Source of the DNA: an uncultured Desulfatitalea sp. | GTDB taxonomy: Bacteria > Desulfobacterota > Desulfobacteria > Desulfobacterales > Desulfosarcinaceae | DNA length: 64,000 bases | Direction: 5' to 3' | Assembly (NCBI GenBank): GCA_963668675.2 | Contig: CAXXMB010000002.1 | Location: 1,824,001 to 1,888,000 of the forward strand | Shown: positions 60,370 to 64,000 of the stretch, one piece after another | How positions within the stretch are numbered: position 1 is the stretch's first letter | Layout: the number at the start of each line of letters is the position of its first letter | Made by a program: the position numbers and the translations under genes | The notes under the pieces: model-generated | Database searches by the model: none | The model's input: only the letters and a program-made list of their open reading frames with translations | What the model was told of the DNA's origin: nothing

Positions 60370-60619
60370 GATGGGCCTCCTTTTTTTTACTGCCAAAACC
60401 AAAAACGCGATTCGATTGTAACCGCACTGATTCAAATTGGCAAATAGAGTGAAATCGATTACCTGTTCTCTACTATCGACAAGATCTTTTAAAAAAAGTA
60501 AGGTGCGGCGCTGAAACTGCAACGCCTTATCCAATAATCATCCAACGGATCATCCGATTCAGAGTGCCGTGCCGGTCGAAACAGCATCAAACGACCGCCG
60601 CCAATAGAGGAAAGAACCG

Positions 60620-62116
60620 ATGTTATCTCCAGAGAGCACCGCCCCTTTTTCATGGCTGATTGGGCATACAGGCGATGGCTCCGCCTCCATCCTCGATCGA
60701 TTACGCCGCTGGCCGCACCTGGAGCCAGCTTTGAACGACCGCCAGTCCGAGATCGACCAGTGGAAGGAGGCTGTCCGACGTCGAAGATCAGCCGGCCGCC
60801 CCCGGCGGGTGCTCTTCGTCCACGGACAACTGCCCGGCGAGACAGGATCGGGGGTCTACCTGCAGCAGATCGCCGCCGAAGCGATACGCCGCGGCCTGGA
60901 CATGTACGTGCTGTCGGCCGGCTACCGGACACTGAGTGCCGCCGACATCGCCGGCATACCCGACGAACGGATCTTCACCTGCCGCTTTACCATGGCGGAC
61001 CGAACGCCGGTGCCGGGTGCGGTGCGGACCCCCATATCGGGCATGTCGGTGGTGATGCCCTATCCGGTGCTGGCCTACCGGGACCGGACCGAGGCCGAAC
61101 TGCTCGATCTCCTGGCAGTCTTCGGGCGCCACATGGCCGAACTTGTCGCGCGGCTGCAGCCCGATGCGATCCACGTGGACCACCTCTGGTTCCTCAACGG
61201 ATTGGCGCGCCTCATTGCACCCTGGATTCCCCTGGTTGCCGCCTGCCATGGTACAGCCTACAAGCTGATCGTCGACACGCCCCGCCTGCGCGAACTGGTC
61301 GTGCCGTGCGTCTCCAGCGCCGAACATGTGTGCGCCATCTCCCCCGAGACAGTGGCGCAGTGCACGGAGATGTTCGAAGTGCCCGAAGGGCGCATCACCA
61401 TCGAAGGCTACGGATTCGAACCGGATCTCTTTAACTTCAAACCGGTCGACCGCGATAGCGTACTGAAAGCGAACTTCGGTTTTACGCTGAAACCCGGCAG
61501 CCGGCTGGTCGTGGCCGTCGGAAAATTCGTGGACTGGAAAGGCTTCAAAGAATTGGCCCTGGCCATCGGGCACCTCAGGCAGCGGGGGCACGACATCACA
61601 GGCGTGATCGTCGGCGAAGGGGACCCCCAGAGCCGCGCCGACCTGGAAGCCTTTATCGAACGGCAAGGCGTGAAAAACCACCTGTTGCTGCCAGGCAAGG
61701 TGGCGCGAACGGCATTGCCGGATATCTACCGTGCCGCAGACCTCTATGTGCTGCCATCCCATGTGGAACCCTACGGCATGGTGCTGATGGAAGCCCTGGC
61801 CTGTGGAGCGCCGGCCGTGTTCGGCCGCACCGGCGGGCCGCCCTCATTCGTTCCCCAATCGATGTGCGATGAGGGCCTGGCCGTCATGGTCGACCCCATC
61901 CGGCTCTCAGACGATGCAACGCCTCTGCCCAGGGAGAGGGAAGCCTATGCCCAGCGCCTTGCCGACGGTATGGCGACCGTTATGGAGAAGGGCATCGCGA
62001 ACGAAGACCGGCTGCGCATCGCCGAAGCCATACTGCCGCTGAGCTGGGGACGGCTGGTGGACAACCTGATCCGGATTTACGAACGTCTGGTCGCCGAAGC
62101 CGTCCCACCCGTTTGA
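60620..62116 (+). CDS. GT4 family glycosyltransferase
   Basis: TGSGVY, HGT, VGKF..WKG and EPYGMVLMEALACG motifs. Confidence 0.88.
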   Translation: MLSPESTAPFSWLIGHTGDGSASILDRLRRWPHLEPALNDRQSEIDQWKEAVRRRRSAGRPRRVLFVHGQLPGETGSGVYLQQIAAEAIRRGLDMYVLSAGYRTLSAADIAGIPDERIFTCRFTMADRTPVPGAVRTPISGMSVVMPYPVLAYRDRTEAELLDLLAVFGRHMAELVARLQPDAIHVDHLWFLNGLARLIAPWIPLVAACHGTAYKLIVDTPRLRELVVPCVSSAEHVCAISPETVAQCTEMFEVPEGRITIEGYGFEPDLFNFKPVDRDSVLKANFGFTLKPGSRLVVAVGKFVDWKGFKELALAIGHLRQRGHDITGVIVGEGDPQSRADLEAFIERQGVKNHLLLPGKVARTALPDIYRAADLYVLPSHVEPYGMVLMEALACGAPAVFGRTGGPPSFVPQSMCDEGLAVMVDPIRLSDDATPLPREREAYAQRLADGMATVMEKGIANEDRLRIAEAILPLSWGRLVDNLIRIYERLVAEAVPPV

Positions 62117-62295
62117 CGGATCGCATCTTAAGGGTTAGGCCCTCTTTTCTTCCTTAACCCAACCTAATGATTTTGCTGCATTCACATATGGAGGCGCAGA
62201 CCAGCCTTTGGACGCGCCGGAGCAATTACCCGGATAATTGAGTTATCAACAGCACCAATTAAGTAGGGCATAACCTCTTGGACAAGGAGGACCAA

Positions 62296-62803
62296 ATGGC
62301 AACCCAGACCGCTACAGTTGATCCAATTGACCCGCGCAAAATGGCCCTGCAGATCGCGGGATTGCGCGCCAAGGAAACCCACCTGCCCGAAAACGAGCGC
62401 GTCTTTCAAGATCCCTATGCCGGGCGTCAAGGAGCGTCTTCGGGTCTTCGAGGTCGACCATCCCGCCGCCATCGGTGGATGCTCTGCTGGCATTTATCAG
62501 CAAAGGCTCCGGCCCGGGGAGCTCGCTGGTGGCTGACGTCTTCGACACCAGCGTGATCGCGAGGGGACCTCTTCGTTGAAAGAGGCCCAGGTGCTGCGAC
62601 AGTTCGTCGAGAGTGAGGGCACCCGGCTGCAGTTCGGCATTCAAAGCGGGGAAGCGGAAGCATTCTTCAAAGCGCGCGGGTTCGACTGGGTCACCTGCGT
62701 CACAGCAGCATCATGCAAGGAGCGCTTTTTCATCAACGAGAGCCGGAAGCGACATGTCTCTCCGATGTTCAACTTTGTCCACGCATCGCTCCGGTCCACA
62801 TAG
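62296..62803 (+). pseudogene. LCM/TIGR00027-like SAM methyltransferase relic
   Basis: LRAKE....RVFQDPYA, out-of-frame RVFEVDHPA, and a C-terminal EG..LQFGI..FFKARGF segment. Confidence 0.7.
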
Positions 62804-62830
62804 CGCATCCGGACGTTACAAAAAGCAACC

Positions 62831-63880
62831 CTATCTCTTCTGCCAAAAAACGCGCGCCCGCTCCGCCGTCTCTTCCGGCGCGGAGAAGGTGGCCATGTCG
62901 TCCAGCATCACCTCGTATCCGGTGATGTCGTTGCGCACCCAGGGCGCATAGTTGGCCCTCACGATCAGAACGACCCGCAGCTCAAGACGGCTCGAGGGTT
63001 GCTCCACGCTCAGCAGCCCCAGGTTGTAACTGTTGCGGCAGAGGCTGCGGTAATAACGCTGCGCATTGATCACGCCCTGGGAGAGATCGTCCCAATCCGA
63101 GGGGGTGAGGTGATTCAAAGCGCTCTTTCCCGGATAGATGCCCCAGATCTCAAAGAACCCCTCCGGCGCAAACGCCGCCAACCAGTGCCAGGCGCCGGTC
63201 GGACCGATGATGCGGCGGCCATCCCGATATTCGCATTTCAGGTAATCGCTGAACAGCAGTCGGCTCGTCTGGGTGTGGTATTCTTCGCTGCGCTGCATCA
63301 ACATGGCGTGCGCATTAGAGGGGATGCGATCGGCGTGCACCTGCAGATGGGGATGCACAAGAGAGCCGCCGGCCGCCGGCAGGTGGTTCTGGGTGATGGC
63401 TGTGAAGACGGCTTGCGGATCGTATCCGATCACGGTTTGCAGGTAGCGGGCGCAGTTGCGAAAACTGTCGGCATACGAAGCCGCATCGGCCGTTCCGATC
63501 TCCACAAAATGGCGCTCGTCGAACAGGCTGACCGCCGAGTAGACGCCGTAGGGGAAAAGATTGGGAAACAGCACCGAATCGCCGCATCGAAGCCGGCCCT
63601 CCCGGTCCAGCCCTTCACTCATCAACGGTGTCCGGCGTTCAAGCTGGCCGGGACAAAAGGGACAATCGATCGACCCTTCGGCATCGGGCGGAGGCTGCGG
63701 AAGCGCCTCGGTGCCCGGCTCGCGCTCCGCCCCGCGGCTGTAAGTGATTCGGCAGGCACGGCCGGAGATGGGGTGGGTGCGCACTTCAATGGGGCGCTCT
63801 ATCGCATGGCCCTGGGGATCTCTCAATCTTGCTGTTAGGGTTTTGGATTCAAAGCGGAGAAGAGGATCGCGATGGGGCAT
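62831..63880 (-). CDS. GalT-like nucleotidyltransferase (HIT superfamily)
   Basis: CPFCP, PNLFPY and AGGSLVHPHLQ motifs. Confidence 0.85.
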   Translation of the reverse strand: MPHRDPLLRFESKTLTARLRDPQGHAIERPIEVRTHPISGRACRITYSRGAEREPGTEALPQPPPDAEGSIDCPFCPGQLERRTPLMSEGLDREGRLRCGDSVLFPNLFPYGVYSAVSLFDERHFVEIGTADAASYADSFRNCARYLQTVIGYDPQAVFTAITQNHLPAAGGSLVHPHLQVHADRIPSNAHAMLMQRSEEYHTQTSRLLFSDYLKCEYRDGRRIIGPTGAWHWLAAFAPEGFFEIWGIYPGKSALNHLTPSDWDDLSQGVINAQRYYRSLCRNSYNLGLLSVEQPSSRLELRVVLIVRANYAPWVRNDITGYEVMLDDMATFSAPEETAERARVFWQKR

Positions 63881-63977
63881 TTTTACGTACTCCTATTGAA
63901 AGGGTTACGTTCCATTCCAATGGAGCTTTAGAGTGGCTCTAACAAAATTATTAAACCGGTAACGAATTACCTAAAGC

Positions 63978-64000
63978 GTCATGCCGGACTTGATCCGGCA
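63978..64000. repeat. start of a REP-like palindromic element (cut by the window edge)
   Basis: GTCATGCCGGA-CTTGA-TCCGGCA hairpin. Confidence 0.5.

Noticed and set aside
60473..60500. Sixth sigma28 promoter (GTCGATAG on the minus strand)
   Set aside because: Good -10 box but no TAAA/TCAA at 15-16 bp spacing.
1..64000. rRNA, tRNA (including selC), CRISPR array, prophage or intact transposase
   Set aside because: None recognised by eye. A tRNAscan/Infernal run would be needed to exclude small RNAs.

Overview
Bacterial chromosomal window, most consistent with an anaerobic Desulfobacterota (Desulfobacterales-like) sulfate reducer. This is inferred from gene content, not a database match. The first ~12 kb is visibly more AT-rich and accessory-like. 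It holds a glycosyltransferase/GH130 cluster, a heme-c-sensing hybrid kinase, an AhpD-like gene with an in-frame UGA in a CxxU motif plus a SECIS-like hairpin (probable selenoprotein), an IS110 remnant with a structured leader, and decayed genes. The centre holds an ~18 kb glycerol locus: glpR, glpSTPQUV ABC uptake and glpK. In it, anaerobic glpAB is followed not by glpC but by a NarI-like membrane/heme-c/4x[4Fe-4S] fusion and an HdrB-like subunit, plus a second GlpA-like/SdhB-like pair. Other highlights are five dispersed sigma28-type promoters (one driving an unannotated 57-aa gene), an NhaD antiporter with an inserted PAS domain, and an MshEN-like FapA. No rRNA, tRNA or CRISPR array was recognised. 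All product calls come from motif recognition by eye.
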